From positions 6,364 to 70,363 of the forward strand of contig JAVBSL010000016.1 of NCBI GenBank assembly GCA_031556725.1: DNA of 64,000 bases, in the 5' to 3' direction. The position numbers and the translations under genes are program-made. Positions 20,499 to 31,484 of this stretch are shown here, in pieces (position 1 is the first letter of the stretch; the number at the start of each line of letters is the position of its first letter). The stretch comes from Lachnospiraceae bacterium (GTDB lineage Bacteria; Bacillota; Clostridia; Lachnospirales; Lachnospiraceae). The notes below the pieces were generated by a model. That model was not told the origin of the DNA and did not search any database. It worked only from the letters and a program-made list of their open reading frames with translations.

Positions 20499-21056
20499 AT
20501 GTTTCTTGCAATTTATACCATCACCCTCCTGCTGGTAGCTGTGTCAATCGATGCTTTTACCGCAGGACTCTCCTATGGAATGAACAGAGTTAAAATCCCC
20601 TTTTCATCTGCCTTTATTATGTCCGCAATGTCCGGTACTTTTTTACTATTTTCCCTAGTGGCCGGATCTTTGCTACAAGATATCCTGCCACATAATTTCA
20701 TAAAATATTTTTCTTTTTCTGTTCTTTTTCTTTTAGGTCTTTATCGGCTCTTTGACACTTTCCTTCCCCGCACAATTGAAAATGTAAATAAGGATGATCT
20801 TACGGTCCTTTCTCCTAAAGAAGCCACCTTTTTGGGATTGGCACTGTCATTGGATAATGTTGCCGCCGGCTTTGGCTTTCAGGCCGCACTCCTTTCCCCG
20901 CTCCTTATTTTCGTTACTGCCGTAGCTGTAAATTTCCTGATTATCCGCCTGGGTTGTCTGGTAGGACGGGGAATCGTCACCCGCACTACCCTTAATCTGG
21001 CGTGGATCGGTGCCGTTTTGCTTCTGCTGTTAGCCTTCTCACGTCTCCTTCAATAA
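20499..21056 (+). CDS. YtaF / MntP-family membrane protein (putative Mn efflux or sporulation membrane protein)
   Basis: 185 aa; AVSIDAFTAGLSYGMNRVKIP and a second half-repeat ALSLDNVAAGFG. Confidence 0.65.
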   Translation: MFLAIYTITLLLVAVSIDAFTAGLSYGMNRVKIPFSSAFIMSAMSGTFLLFSLVAGSLLQDILPHNFIKYFSFSVLFLLGLYRLFDTFLPRTIENVNKDDLTVLSPKEATFLGLALSLDNVAAGFGFQAALLSPLLIFVTAVAVNFLIIRLGCLVGRGIVTRTTLNLAWIGAVLLLLLAFSRLLQ

Positions 21057-23744
21057 AGCCGGTTCCATCGGTACATCATCTTCCGTATTTTTTGTCTCCG
21101 AATTACTGCCTCCTAAAATCAACAGTTCATGCACCAGTAAGGGCGTAAGAGACAATGCCGCCAAGGCAATCCATTCCTGCCATGATAATCTGGTGGTTCC
21201 GAAGAGGCTGACAAAATACGGTATTTCTGTAACCAGCACCTGTAAAAAGATACCAAATACAAATGCCCCAATTAAAGCCATATTGTCAAAATGCCTCATT
21301 CGGAACACTGACTTATTAACATCACGCATGCCAATGGCATGAATCAGCTGACTCATCCCCAGAACAGTAAAGGCATGGGTCTGCGCTTTGGCAAGAACTT
21401 CACCGGAAGCCAGTATTTTTTCCAAATTCAGCAGATTTACCGGAATCCCTTTTGCAGTTAAAACAGCATAGGGTACTTGAATAAAAGCAAAAAGACTGAT
21501 AATGGCAATGACACTTCCATAACACAAGGTGCAGCTTAAGCCACCATGGGCAAATAAATTCTCCTTCTTGTTTCTGGGCTTTTGCTTCATCATTGCTTCC
21601 CCATCGTTTTTGTCCACTCCCAATGCCAGGGCCGGCAGGGAATCCGTAATCAAATTAATCCACAAGATATGGCTGGCCTTAAGAGGTGCCGGCAAACCGA
21701 TAAAAATAGCCGCCATCATGGTAATAATCTCACCAAAGTTAGACGAAAGCAGGAAAAGAATCGTCTTACGGATGTTCTCAAAAATCCCCCGGCCCTCTCG
21801 GATGGCTTTTTCAATTGTAGCAAAATTATCATCAGTCAAAACCAGATCTGCTGCATTTCTTGCCACATCGGTTCCCTCTTTGCCCATTGCAATTCCTACA
21901 TCGGCCGCTTTCAGAGACGGAGCATCATTGACACCGTCACCGGTCATGGCTACGATTTTTCCTCTTCCTTTCAATGCTTCCACAATCCGCACCTTATGCT
22001 CCGGTGATACTCGTGCATATACTCGGATATTTTCTACGATTTCCGCAAATTCCTGATCCGAAAGAGCTTCTAACTGGCTTCCCGAGAGACACTCTGATTT
22101 GCTGTGAGCAATTCCCAGCTCTTTAGCAATGGCAAATGCCGTATCAATATGATCACCGGTAATCATCACCGTATCGACGTGAGCTTCTTTAAAACTCTTT
22201 ACCGCTCCTGCCGCTTCCGGCCTGGCAGGATCAATCATCCCTACCAGTCCCACCAATACCATATCTGTTTCATTTTTTAAGTCCCCCCTGGTCTTAACTG
22301 CTATTGCCAGCACGCGCAGGGCCCGGGAAGCCATTTCATCGATAGCATGCAGGGCATCCCGCTTTCCCTGTTCTGTAAAAAGAACCTCTTTTCCATGGAC
22401 CATTACCTTGCTGCATCTGGCAATCATTTCATCGGCCGCCCCTTTGGTATAGGCTATTTTACTTTTACCCTTGCTATGTACCGTAGTCATTCTTTTTCTG
22501 CCTGAGTCAAAGGCCCACTCATCCACTCTGGGCTGTTCCCGCTCACAAATTATCCGGCTGCTTCCGAAGTCAGCCGCCATATCCAATAATGCCAGCTCAG
22601 TCGGGTCACCAATCCGGTTTCCCTGCTCGATTACCGCATCATTGCATAGGGTACAGCCTTCAATAAAAAGTTTGTGCTTTTCATAATCCAGTTCTTTAAC
22701 CGGCAGAATTCTCAGATCAGCATAACATTCCCGGACAGTCATCCGATTCCTCGTCAGGGTTCCTGTCTTATCCGAGCATACCACACTTACCGACCCCAGT
22801 GTTTCAACCGAAGGAAGCCGCCTCACGATCGTATTTACTTTTACCATGCTGGAGACACTTAAAGCAAGCACAATAGTAACAATGGCCGGCAGCCCTTCCG
22901 GTACTGCTGCCACTGCCAGCGAAATTGCCGTCAGCAGCATGTCTCCTATGTCCCGTTTTTGCAGAACAGCCACCCCAAAAAGAATCACGCAGATGACCAC
23001 CGCAACCATACTCAATACCTTACCCAAATCCGCAAGCCGCTTCTGCAGAGGTGTCATCTCATTTCCGCCATTATTAATCAAACCGGCAATTTTTCCGATC
23101 TGGGTATTCATCCCGGTAGCCACCACGATGCCCTCTCCTCTTCCGTAAGAAACCCCGGTGGACATAAATGCCATGTTTTTTTGATCACCGATACTGCTTT
23201 CCGTAGATATCCGAAATGCCGCATCCTTATCTACAGGTATTGACTCCCCGGTTAGGGCTGACTCTTCCACCTTCAGGTTCACTGCCAGGATCAGACGCAA
23301 ATCCGCCGGCACCTGCCGGCCTGCCTCTAAAAACACCACATCCCCGGGCACCAAATCGACACTGTCGATCTCTACTTTCCTGCCGTCCCGTCTGACCAGT
23401 GCTTTAGGGCTTGTCAACTGCTGCAGCGCTTCAATAGCCCGTCTGGCCTTCCCCTCCTGAAAAATTCCCATTAAAGAATTCAGTAGCACAACCACAATAA
23501 TAATTGCTGCTTCCCCAACTTCTTTTAAAAATAAGGATATGGCAACTGCTGCCAGTAAGATATAAATTAACGGATCATTCAACTGATCCCAAAAGAGAGC
23601 CAAAAACCCCTTTTTTTTCTTTTCTTCCAGCCGGTTTGCGCCATATTGCGCTGCCCGCTCTATTGCCTCCTCGCTGCTCAGTCCATACTCTTCATTACTC
23701 TCCAGCTGTTCTATCACATCCGCTGCTGTTTTGTCTGCATACAT
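21039..23744 (-). CDS. P-type cation-transporting ATPase (Ca2+/PMCA-SERCA-like, type IIA)
   Basis: DKTGTLT, TGES, MITGD, MTGDGVNDAPSLKAAD motifs. The start was set at MYADKTAADV (ATG 23744), preceded by ggaaagggga. The track ORF starts 24 codons earlier. Confidence 0.9.
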   Translation of the reverse strand: MYADKTAADVIEQLESNEEYGLSSEEAIERAAQYGANRLEEKKKKGFLALFWDQLNDPLIYILLAAVAISLFLKEVGEAAIIIVVVLLNSLMGIFQEGKARRAIEALQQLTSPKALVRRDGRKVEIDSVDLVPGDVVFLEAGRQVPADLRLILAVNLKVEESALTGESIPVDKDAAFRISTESSIGDQKNMAFMSTGVSYGRGEGIVVATGMNTQIGKIAGLINNGGNEMTPLQKRLADLGKVLSMVAVVICVILFGVAVLQKRDIGDMLLTAISLAVAAVPEGLPAIVTIVLALSVSSMVKVNTIVRRLPSVETLGSVSVVCSDKTGTLTRNRMTVRECYADLRILPVKELDYEKHKLFIEGCTLCNDAVIEQGNRIGDPTELALLDMAADFGSSRIICEREQPRVDEWAFDSGRKRMTTVHSKGKSKIAYTKGAADEMIARCSKVMVHGKEVLFTEQGKRDALHAIDEMASRALRVLAIAVKTRGDLKNETDMVLVGLVGMIDPARPEAAGAVKSFKEAHVDTVMITGDHIDTAFAIAKELGIAHSKSECLSGSQLEALSDQEFAEIVENIRVYARVSPEHKVRIVEALKGRGKIVAMTGDGVNDAPSLKAADVGIAMGKEGTDVARNAADLVLTDDNFATIEKAIREGRGIFENIRKTILFLLSSNFGEIITMMAAIFIGLPAPLKASHILWINLITDSLPALALGVDKNDGEAMMKQKPRNKKENLFAHGGLSCTLCYGSVIAIISLFAFIQVPYAVLTAKGIPVNLLNLEKILASGEVLAKAQTHAFTVLGMSQLIHAIGMRDVNKSVFRMRHFDNMALIGAFVFGIFLQVLVTEIPYFVSLFGTTRLSWQEWIALAALSLTPLLVHELLILGGSNSETKNTEDDVPMEPALLKET

Positions 23745-23828
23745 ACCAGATCCCCTTTCCACCTTGTCGTCCTCACAATAAGTGCTTGTACCTAATCTTA
23801 TGCTTGTACTTTTCATAATATTCGCAAT

Positions 23829-23857
23829 GAAAAAGGACCGTTATCAGCGGTCCTTTC
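23829..23857 (-). terminator. Intrinsic terminator after the Cys-repeat protein gene
   Basis: On the minus strand: aggaccg-ctgataa-cggtcct followed by ttttt. Confidence 0.6.
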
Positions 23858-23861
23858 ACTT

Positions 23862-24920
23862 TCAGCCGGTGGCTGGTGTTTCATTATCTTTAAAAGAGTC
23901 TCCGCATCTGGTACAGACATGCTGGGTATATCCCTTTTCTGTAGCAGTCGGTTTTATAATGGTAATTGCATAATTATGATTATCTTTATTGATGGGTATG
24001 GGTTCTATGTCTTCCGCGCCGCAGGAACAGTTTCCTGTTTTAATGCCCGCCTCGTTACAAGTAGCATCTTTATACACATACCAGACAAAACTATGGCTAT
24101 GCGGTGTAGGCGTGGGTGCTGCCGTAGGTGTTGGGCTGGGTGACGGCGTAGCTCCCGACGGAAGGGGCGATGTACTGGGTGATGGTGTGGGCGGCAGCTT
24201 GTCAATCGAACGGGAATCTATTAAAGTATGACATACATTACAAATCTTTTGTTTCAGCCCGGTCTCTGATATAGTTGCTTCCTTAATTACCGTCCAGTCT
24301 CCGGCCAAATGTCCGATTGCCGAAATATTTTGCTGATAGAAGGAACCACAGCTACAGGTATATCTTTTGATTCCCGCAACCGTACAAGTCGGTTCACTTT
24401 CAATGGATGCTATATACGCATGAACGTGGTTGGCACTGGCTGCCGCTCCGGTGGCCGGAATGATTTCCCGGGCAATCAGCTCATCACAATAAATACACTT
24501 CTTCACCCGTAATCCGGACTGATTTGCCGTAGGCTCTGTGGCAACCTCCCAATCATCAGCCACATGTCCTGCTGTGGGTATTTCCACATAATAAAAATCG
24601 CCGCAACTACAGATATATTTCATCCGACCGGCAGACATACAGGTTGCCTGTATATCTATCGTTTCCTTATAATCATGTACATGTCCTGCCAGCGTACTGC
24701 CGCTGCTTTCCGGTGTTGCCGTAGCATCTGTCGCTTCTCCGGCCTGTGCTTCCGCTGTCGGGGATTCGGTGGCGACAGCTATCGGTGCAGCATTTCCGCC
24801 CATATTGGGGTGAACCGAAGCATATATGATAACCCCTACTGTTGTCAGACATACTACTACTGCCAGTATTCCCAATATTGCATTCAGTACCTTCAGTATA
24901 CCGCTCATATTAATCCTCAC
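23862..24920 (-). CDS. Membrane-anchored protein with three Cys/His-rich ~78-aa repeats and a Pro/Thr/Ser linker
   Basis: 352 aa with an N-terminal TM helix (aa 8-34). Repeats start at H80, H165 and H274, each with the pattern HxH...TC..aG....CSCG...H...G....C..C. The PTPSPSTSPLPSGATPSPSPTPTAAPTPTP linker precedes repeat 3. Confidence 0.7.
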   Translation of the reverse strand: MRINMSGILKVLNAILGILAVVVCLTTVGVIIYASVHPNMGGNAAPIAVATESPTAEAQAGEATDATATPESSGSTLAGHVHDYKETIDIQATCMSAGRMKYICSCGDFYYVEIPTAGHVADDWEVATEPTANQSGLRVKKCIYCDELIAREIIPATGAAASANHVHAYIASIESEPTCTVAGIKRYTCSCGSFYQQNISAIGHLAGDWTVIKEATISETGLKQKICNVCHTLIDSRSIDKLPPTPSPSTSPLPSGATPSPSPTPTAAPTPTPHSHSFVWYVYKDATCNEAGIKTGNCSCGAEDIEPIPINKDNHNYAITIIKPTATEKGYTQHVCTRCGDSFKDNETPATG

Positions 24921-24947
24921 AAATGCATATTTTCTTCATTTGAAAAG

Positions 24948-24992
24948 CAAAAAACGCGATATTACCGATAATTATATCAATAATATCACGCT
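24948..24992 (-). terminator. Probable terminator downstream of tRNA-Gly
   Basis: On the minus strand: gcgtgatatta...taatatcgc imperfect hairpin followed by gttttttgc. Confidence 0.45.
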
Positions 24993-24999
24993 TTGTAAG

Positions 25000-25071
25000 A
25001 GCGCGAGACGGGACTCGAACCCGCGGCCCCGACCTTGGCAAGGTCGTGCTCCACCACTGAGCCACTCGCGC
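25000..25071 (-). tRNA. tRNA-Gly (anticodon GCC)
   Basis: Minus-strand read: GCGCGAGTGGCTCAGTGGTGGAGCACGACCTTGCCAAGGTCGGGGCCGCGGGTTCGAGTCCCGTCTCGCGCT. The acceptor is GCGCGAG/CTCGCGC, the anticodon loop is TTGCCAA, the T-arm has GGTTCGAGTCC, and the discriminator is U. CCA is not encoded. Confidence 0.85.
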
Positions 25072-25163
25072 ATGATTCGGTCTGCTTTTACAGACCGTTG
25101 TCTCACGGACAAATACTAATATACTATAGGATTTTTACTTTGTCAATGAATTTTTAAAATTTA

Positions 25164-26501
25164 TTATTCAATAATCTGATTGGCATATTTTACCCGATAT
25201 ATCCGGCGCAGGGACTCGTTAATCCGCTCTTCGGAAAGCGTTCCGTTGTTTACTGCTTCCAAAACCCCCTGGTATGCTTCTTCAAAGTTTTCCGGCATCA
25301 GCAGCATATCCACACCGGCCTGTAAGGCTTTGATGCACGCTTCATCGGAAGTATAATAATCGGTTATGGCTGCCATGTTTAAGGCATCGGTTATGACAAC
25401 ACCATTAAATCCCAGTTCTCCTCTTAAGATTTCAGTTATCATCTTAGAAGATATAGATGCCGGTGTGTTATCCCCGGTCACATTAGGAGCTGATAAATGG
25501 CTTACCATCACAAACGCTGCTCCCCCATCGATTCCTGACTTGAAGGGCACGAAATCAATTGCCCGCATTTCATCTAATGAACGTTCAGTCGCTGCCATTC
25601 CGCCATGTGAATCCTCTTCCGTATTACCTAATCCCGGGAAATGCTTCAGACAAGCATGAACGCCGGTATCCTTCAAACCACTCACAGCCGAAGAAACCAT
25701 ACTGCCCACCACATCTGCATCGGTTCCGAAGGAACGATCCCCAATTACCTTATTGTCTTCACTTGACAGCACATCTGCCACCGGGGCAAAATCCATATTA
25801 AATCCCAGCTCTCCCAAGTAACCGCCGATTATACTGGCCGCTTCATAAGCTTTGGCCGGATCACCTTCCTTGCCTATCTTACCCATGGAATCCACTTTCT
25901 CGCCAAGCTTGCTTTCCGCAACCCGGGCTACCGTTCCGCCCTCTTCATCAACACCTAAGAAAATGGGATATTTGCTCATGGTTCTGGTGTTATTCAGCAT
26001 CTCACTCAGCTGATCCTTGGACTGAATGTTGCTTTTAAAATAAATCAAACCGCCAACTGCATATTCACGAAGTTTTTCTTTGGTTGTGTCCCCTGCTCTG
26101 ATAACCTTAGTGGTTCCGGTTAATTCTTCCGGCGTAACAAAAAACAAGCCTGCCACCTTATCCTCTAAAGGAAGTTCCGCGATACAGTTCTCGACCACGC
26201 TATCCAAAGGATCAACTACTACATCTTCTTCCGGACTCGGTTCCACATAATCCGCCGGTGCTTCTACCGTAACAGGTTCTTCCTCTGCCGTCATTTCTGC
26301 CAGCTGGCGTTCCAGTTCTTCGGCTTGCTTTTGATCTTTCATGGTTCCTGCCAGATACTTCACACCAAACACGGCAGCACCGGCAATTCCCAGCACTAAT
26401 ACTACCATCGTAATATAGGCGATAACCTGATTGCGGATTCGCCGTTTTCTCCGGTACTCTCGTCTTTCCCATAATTCATCTTCTTGATAATTCTCTTCCA
26501 C
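25164..26501 (-). CDS. Glycoside hydrolase family 3 beta-N-acetylhexosaminidase (NagZ-like) with an N-terminal membrane anchor
   Basis: 445 aa with a TM helix near aa 25-47 and a GH3 N-domain (KHFPGLGNTEEDSH, VMVSH). Confidence 0.85.
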   Translation of the reverse strand: MEENYQEDELWERREYRRKRRIRNQVIAYITMVVLVLGIAGAAVFGVKYLAGTMKDQKQAEELERQLAEMTAEEEPVTVEAPADYVEPSPEEDVVVDPLDSVVENCIAELPLEDKVAGLFFVTPEELTGTTKVIRAGDTTKEKLREYAVGGLIYFKSNIQSKDQLSEMLNNTRTMSKYPIFLGVDEEGGTVARVAESKLGEKVDSMGKIGKEGDPAKAYEAASIIGGYLGELGFNMDFAPVADVLSSEDNKVIGDRSFGTDADVVGSMVSSAVSGLKDTGVHACLKHFPGLGNTEEDSHGGMAATERSLDEMRAIDFVPFKSGIDGGAAFVMVSHLSAPNVTGDNTPASISSKMITEILRGELGFNGVVITDALNMAAITDYYTSDEACIKALQAGVDMLLMPENFEEAYQGVLEAVNNGTLSEERINESLRRIYRVKYANQIIE

Positions 26502-27077
26502 TTTTACTGCTCCCTTATAAAATATTATCTACTACATATAGTATATCATACCCTATTTTTCCCAATATTTCCACATAAACATGCATGTTTTCACAAAAAT
26601 TAATAAATTAACCGGCACACGGTCGAAGCGGGCATTAATCTCTTTTTGATTAACACCCGCTCCTAAACTTCATTGTCCAATGGCCTTTACCTCCAGCTTT
26701 GGATTTTCCCGAATATTCTCTTGAAAGTTTTTTCGTTGGAATATTCAGTATTCAATTGTAGTAAACTTTTTCTTTCGTATTCTTTCCATTCTTCTTTTGT
26801 ACGATGGTACTGTAACGTTTAGATATTTCTTCTTTTGTCTTCCGTTACTTCTTCAGATGTACTTGAGTACGATTTTCGATTCGAACTGCATCTTGCGATA
26901 CTTCTTTCACTACCGATTTTCTCGCTTTTCTTCTTTCGTGCTCTGTTCTTTTGTACTTTAAAAGTTTACTGTTAAACAAGCTTTACTTCATTTCTAAAAC
27001 TCAACTAACTGTTTCGGTGGACTGTACCTTCCTTTCGTTGGATTTTATCTATATGAACTAGAACTGTTTATAAGTTT

Positions 27078-27105
27078 ATTATAGCATCCTTTTTTAATTT
27101 GTCAA
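27078..27105 (-). promoter_or_regulatory. Near-consensus sigma-A promoter (TTGACA-N16-TGcTATAAT) firing toward 26501
   Basis: Minus-strand read: gTTGACAaattaaaaaaggaTGcTATAATaaac. The -35 is 27105-27100 and the -10 is 27083-27078, with an extended -10 TG. Confidence 0.55.
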
Positions 27106-27253
27106 CACATTTTGAAATTATTTTTACTTTTTTTACATTTTATTCCTTTTTACCATTTTATAACAGTTTTTTCATTGTTTTATTTCATATTAAGTATATA
27201 TTTCATGTTTTTATGATATTTCACAAACAATTTCAGCTATTTTTACAATAAAA

Positions 27254-27300
27254 ATCCCAAGATTACATCAGTTTATGCTGCTGAATCTCGGGATTTTTTT
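27254..27300 (-). terminator. Intrinsic terminator of the MCP gene
   Basis: atcccgagatt / aatcttgggat stem (one mismatch), followed on the minus strand by tttttatt and flanked by a T-run on the plus strand. Confidence 0.65.
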
Positions 27301-27317
27301 CTTTTTGTCGTTTTATC

Positions 27318-29021
27318 TTATTTAATTTGAAAAACACTGACTGTTTTCATCATCACATCGGTTTGTGAATTCAATTCCTCTGCGGCCGCTGCACTCTCTT
27401 CCGAAACGGAAGAATTCGCCAGCACAACACCGGTAATTCCATCAATATCCTGCACAATCTTTTCCAGTTCCTCGGCCTGTTGGAAAGAGGCTGTGGTAAT
27501 CTCCCTAACCAGTTCTTCCTGACTCTTGGTACTTTCCACAATTTTCTGCAAGGTTTTGGCAGTTTCCTCCACAATACGGGTTCCGACTTTGGTGGTTTCG
27601 ATACATTTCTGTATCAATGCTGTAGTATCTCTGGTGGCACTTCCGCTCTTATCCGCCAGACTGCCGATTTCCGATGCCACTACCGCAAAACCGCGGCCTG
27701 CTTCTCCTGCTCTGGCAGCTTCGATAGAAGCGTTCAATGACAGCAGATTGGTTTGATCAGAGATTTCTTCGATGGATTGAATAATATCCTGAATCTCATT
27801 CGTACTGCCTTCAATGGCTTTCATGGCTTCTACCATTTCTTCCATCTGTTTGGTTCCTGTATAGACGATTTCATTGGCCCGACCGGACAACATACCTACC
27901 TTTTTGGCATTTTCCGCATTAGTCGTTACTTTTTCGGATATGCTCTTAACTGCACCGGTCAGTACGTCGATTACTTCTGCTTCCTTTACGGTACCTTCCG
28001 CAAGCAGATTTGCACCTTCCGCAACCTGGCCGGAAGTACAGACCATCTCCTGTGATGCTTTTTTAATATTGCTCAACGCTTGATTAAAGGATTTAATAAA
28101 ATCATTGATCGATGTCTTTATTTCATGGAAATCGCCCTCAAAATCTTCGACAATTTCCACATTCATATTTTTCTCGGACATTTCGGTAGTAACTCGTGAG
28201 ATTTCTTTAATGTACCGCTTTAACATCACAATCATCTCACGGAAGGAGTCGGCCAAACTTCCGATTTCATCATCCTTGACCGATTGCACCTCGATATCCA
28301 GATGCCCTTCACTCATACTCTTGGCAACAATCATCATTTCATTCAGGGGTGTACAAATCTCAACAGCCAGTTGATTGGACTTTCTATTACCTACAATTAT
28401 TGCAATTGCAGTCATGATGACAATTACACCCAGTAAAATACCGGTTAAAACATCCGCACTTTGGGCAGTATCCCGGCATACGTCAATGTTGATTACCAAC
28501 AGCTCATCGATACTATTCTTGATTTGCTGTGCGTAAGGTTCCTGGTCATTTTTTATCATATGAAAGGCCTTCTCACTGATCATCTTATTAAACGCCGCCG
28601 TACTTTGAACTTCAGAAGCAATACTTACCACTTCCTCTGTATACTTGTTAAAGTTTCCAAGACTGGCTTCGATATCAGCAAATAAATCCCGCTCTTTCTG
28701 AGTGATACAGGTGGGTTTCAGCACCTCAAGTCTTTCATTCAGTTTTTCCTGGTCCTGAGTGATCTGGTTTCCCAGTTCCTGCTTCCTCGCATTTTCAGTC
28801 TCCAAAACCAGCGCCCGCAGATTCGTTCTGATATTCCCCAGCAATATACCGCATTCGCCCATATAACCCTGGCTTAAACCGTAGTTTTCGATTGCAAACT
28901 GGTAATCCGAACCAATCTTCAGCAAAGATGCCAGACTGATCGCTGCACTAATCACCATGAAAATCATGACAATTTTAAATGACTGCTTCGTTTTTGCTTT
29001 GATACCCCTTCTCTTTTCCAT
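27318..29021 (-). CDS. Methyl-accepting chemotaxis protein
   Basis: Two TM helices, a HAMP domain and a highly conserved MCP signalling hairpin ([32 protein letters not shown]). The start was set at MEKRRG (ATG 29021) behind gggagg. Confidence 0.9.
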   Translation of the reverse strand: MEKRRGIKAKTKQSFKIVMIFMVISAAISLASLLKIGSDYQFAIENYGLSQGYMGECGILLGNIRTNLRALVLETENARKQELGNQITQDQEKLNERLEVLKPTCITQKERDLFADIEASLGNFNKYTEEVVSIASEVQSTAAFNKMISEKAFHMIKNDQEPYAQQIKNSIDELLVINIDVCRDTAQSADVLTGILLGVIVIMTAIAIIVGNRKSNQLAVEICTPLNEMMIVAKSMSEGHLDIEVQSVKDDEIGSLADSFREMIVMLKRYIKEISRVTTEMSEKNMNVEIVEDFEGDFHEIKTSINDFIKSFNQALSNIKKASQEMVCTSGQVAEGANLLAEGTVKEAEVIDVLTGAVKSISEKVTTNAENAKKVGMLSGRANEIVYTGTKQMEEMVEAMKAIEGSTNEIQDIIQSIEEISDQTNLLSLNASIEAARAGEAGRGFAVVASEIGSLADKSGSATRDTTALIQKCIETTKVGTRIVEETAKTLQKIVESTKSQEELVREITTASFQQAEELEKIVQDIDGITGVVLANSSVSEESAAAAEELNSQTDVMMKTVSVFQIK

Positions 29022-29064
29022 ACATAACCTCCCAATCATGCGAGAACAGTTTTACATTAGTTTT

Positions 29065-30300
<1,236 letters not shown>

Positions 30301-30341
30301 TAGTTCTTCCTCCATGCATCTCAATACTATTTATCGAAATA

Positions 30342-30369
30342 AGTATATCATAAGAGTTTTCATTTGCAA
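30342..30369 (-). promoter_or_regulatory. Candidate glyA promoter (TTGCAA-N16-TGaTATACT)
   Basis: Minus-strand read: TTGCAAatgaaaactcttaTGaTATACT. Confidence 0.4.
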
Positions 30370-30499
30370 ACAAAATGCGTGTCCTGGAATGAAAGTGCAC
30401 AAGATTGCCCTATTTTTACCATAAAAAAACAACTCTTGCCATCCGAAACAATCACTGCTAAAATAAGAAAAGTAATCAGACAAATGATGGAGTACCGAC

Positions 30500-31438
30500 A
30501 TGTATCATATTATTGTAAATCCTGCCTCCAAATCGGGACACGGCAGAAAAATGTGGGACGCACTTGAACCGGTCTTTAAAAAAAAGAAAATTATGTACGA
30601 TGTGGTTTTTTCTAAGCACACCGGACATATTATTCAATATGTAAAAGATTTGACTTCGAACTTGCCAAAGGAACCTGCCGAACCGCTCCGCCTGATTATT
30701 CTGGGCGGCGACGGAACTTTAAATGAAGTCCTGCAAGGTGTTGCTGATTTTGACCGGGTTGAAATCGGCTATATTCCTACCGGCTCCAGCAATGATCTGG
30801 CCAGAGACCTACGGTTACCCAAAGATCCGCAGATCACATTGGAACGCATCCTGTCCGGTCAGGTTCACCGCCTGGTAGATATCGGTTCGGTGACTTATAA
30901 CGAAACCAAACAGACACGCTTCTTTGCTGTAAGCAGCGGTATCGGTTTTGATGCAGCGGTCTGTCAGGAAGCACTGGTGTCCCGCCTGAAAAAAATATTA
31001 AACAAAATCGGATTGGGAAAACTGATTTATCTGGCAATTGCCTTAAAACAGATTATTACAGCCAAAAAGGTGGCTTGTAACATATATTTGGACAATAGTA
31101 CCGAACCGGTGCACTACAAAAAATTTTTATTTGCTGCCGGTATGGTTCATCAATATGAAGGCGGCGGCTTCAAGTTCTGTCCTGACGCCGTCACCAACGA
31201 CGGGCTTCTGGATATTTGCACAGTAGGGAGCCTTCCCAAGTTGGTCATCCTCTTGGCACTGCCTACTGCTTTTTGGGGAAAACATTACATCTTTCCCGGC
31301 ATCGACAGCTACCGCTGTCAAACCTTAACCATTGAGACTTCTGCCCCCCTGTGGGTACATACCGATGGTGAATCGGAGCAGCAGTCACGCTCGGTCACCA
31401 TGACCTGCTATAAAGAGAAATTACATTTATTGGTTTAA
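30500..31438 (+). CDS. Diacylglycerol kinase family lipid kinase (YegS/DagK-like)
   Basis: 312 aa; IILGGDGTLNEV and GSSNDLAR motifs. Confidence 0.85.
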   Translation: MYHIIVNPASKSGHGRKMWDALEPVFKKKKIMYDVVFSKHTGHIIQYVKDLTSNLPKEPAEPLRLIILGGDGTLNEVLQGVADFDRVEIGYIPTGSSNDLARDLRLPKDPQITLERILSGQVHRLVDIGSVTYNETKQTRFFAVSSGIGFDAAVCQEALVSRLKKILNKIGLGKLIYLAIALKQIITAKKVACNIYLDNSTEPVHYKKFLFAAGMVHQYEGGGFKFCPDAVTNDGLLDICTVGSLPKLVILLALPTAFWGKHYIFPGIDSYRCQTLTIETSAPLWVHTDGESEQQSRSVTMTCYKEKLHLLV

Positions 31439-31484
31439 TATTTACTGGTTTAGCTGCGGACCGTCCGCAGTACGGAGGAGAATT

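Noticed and set aside
21039-21056. An 18-nt 3'-end overlap of the convergent ytaF-like and ATPase genes.
   Set aside because: This is a common compact arrangement. No extra signal is visible and it is not worth a separate finding.
26212-26472. An 86-aa Arg/Gly-rich ORF within the 5' part of the GH3 gene.
   Set aside because: It is on the same strand but out of frame inside a well-supported gene. Its composition is typical of a frame artefact.
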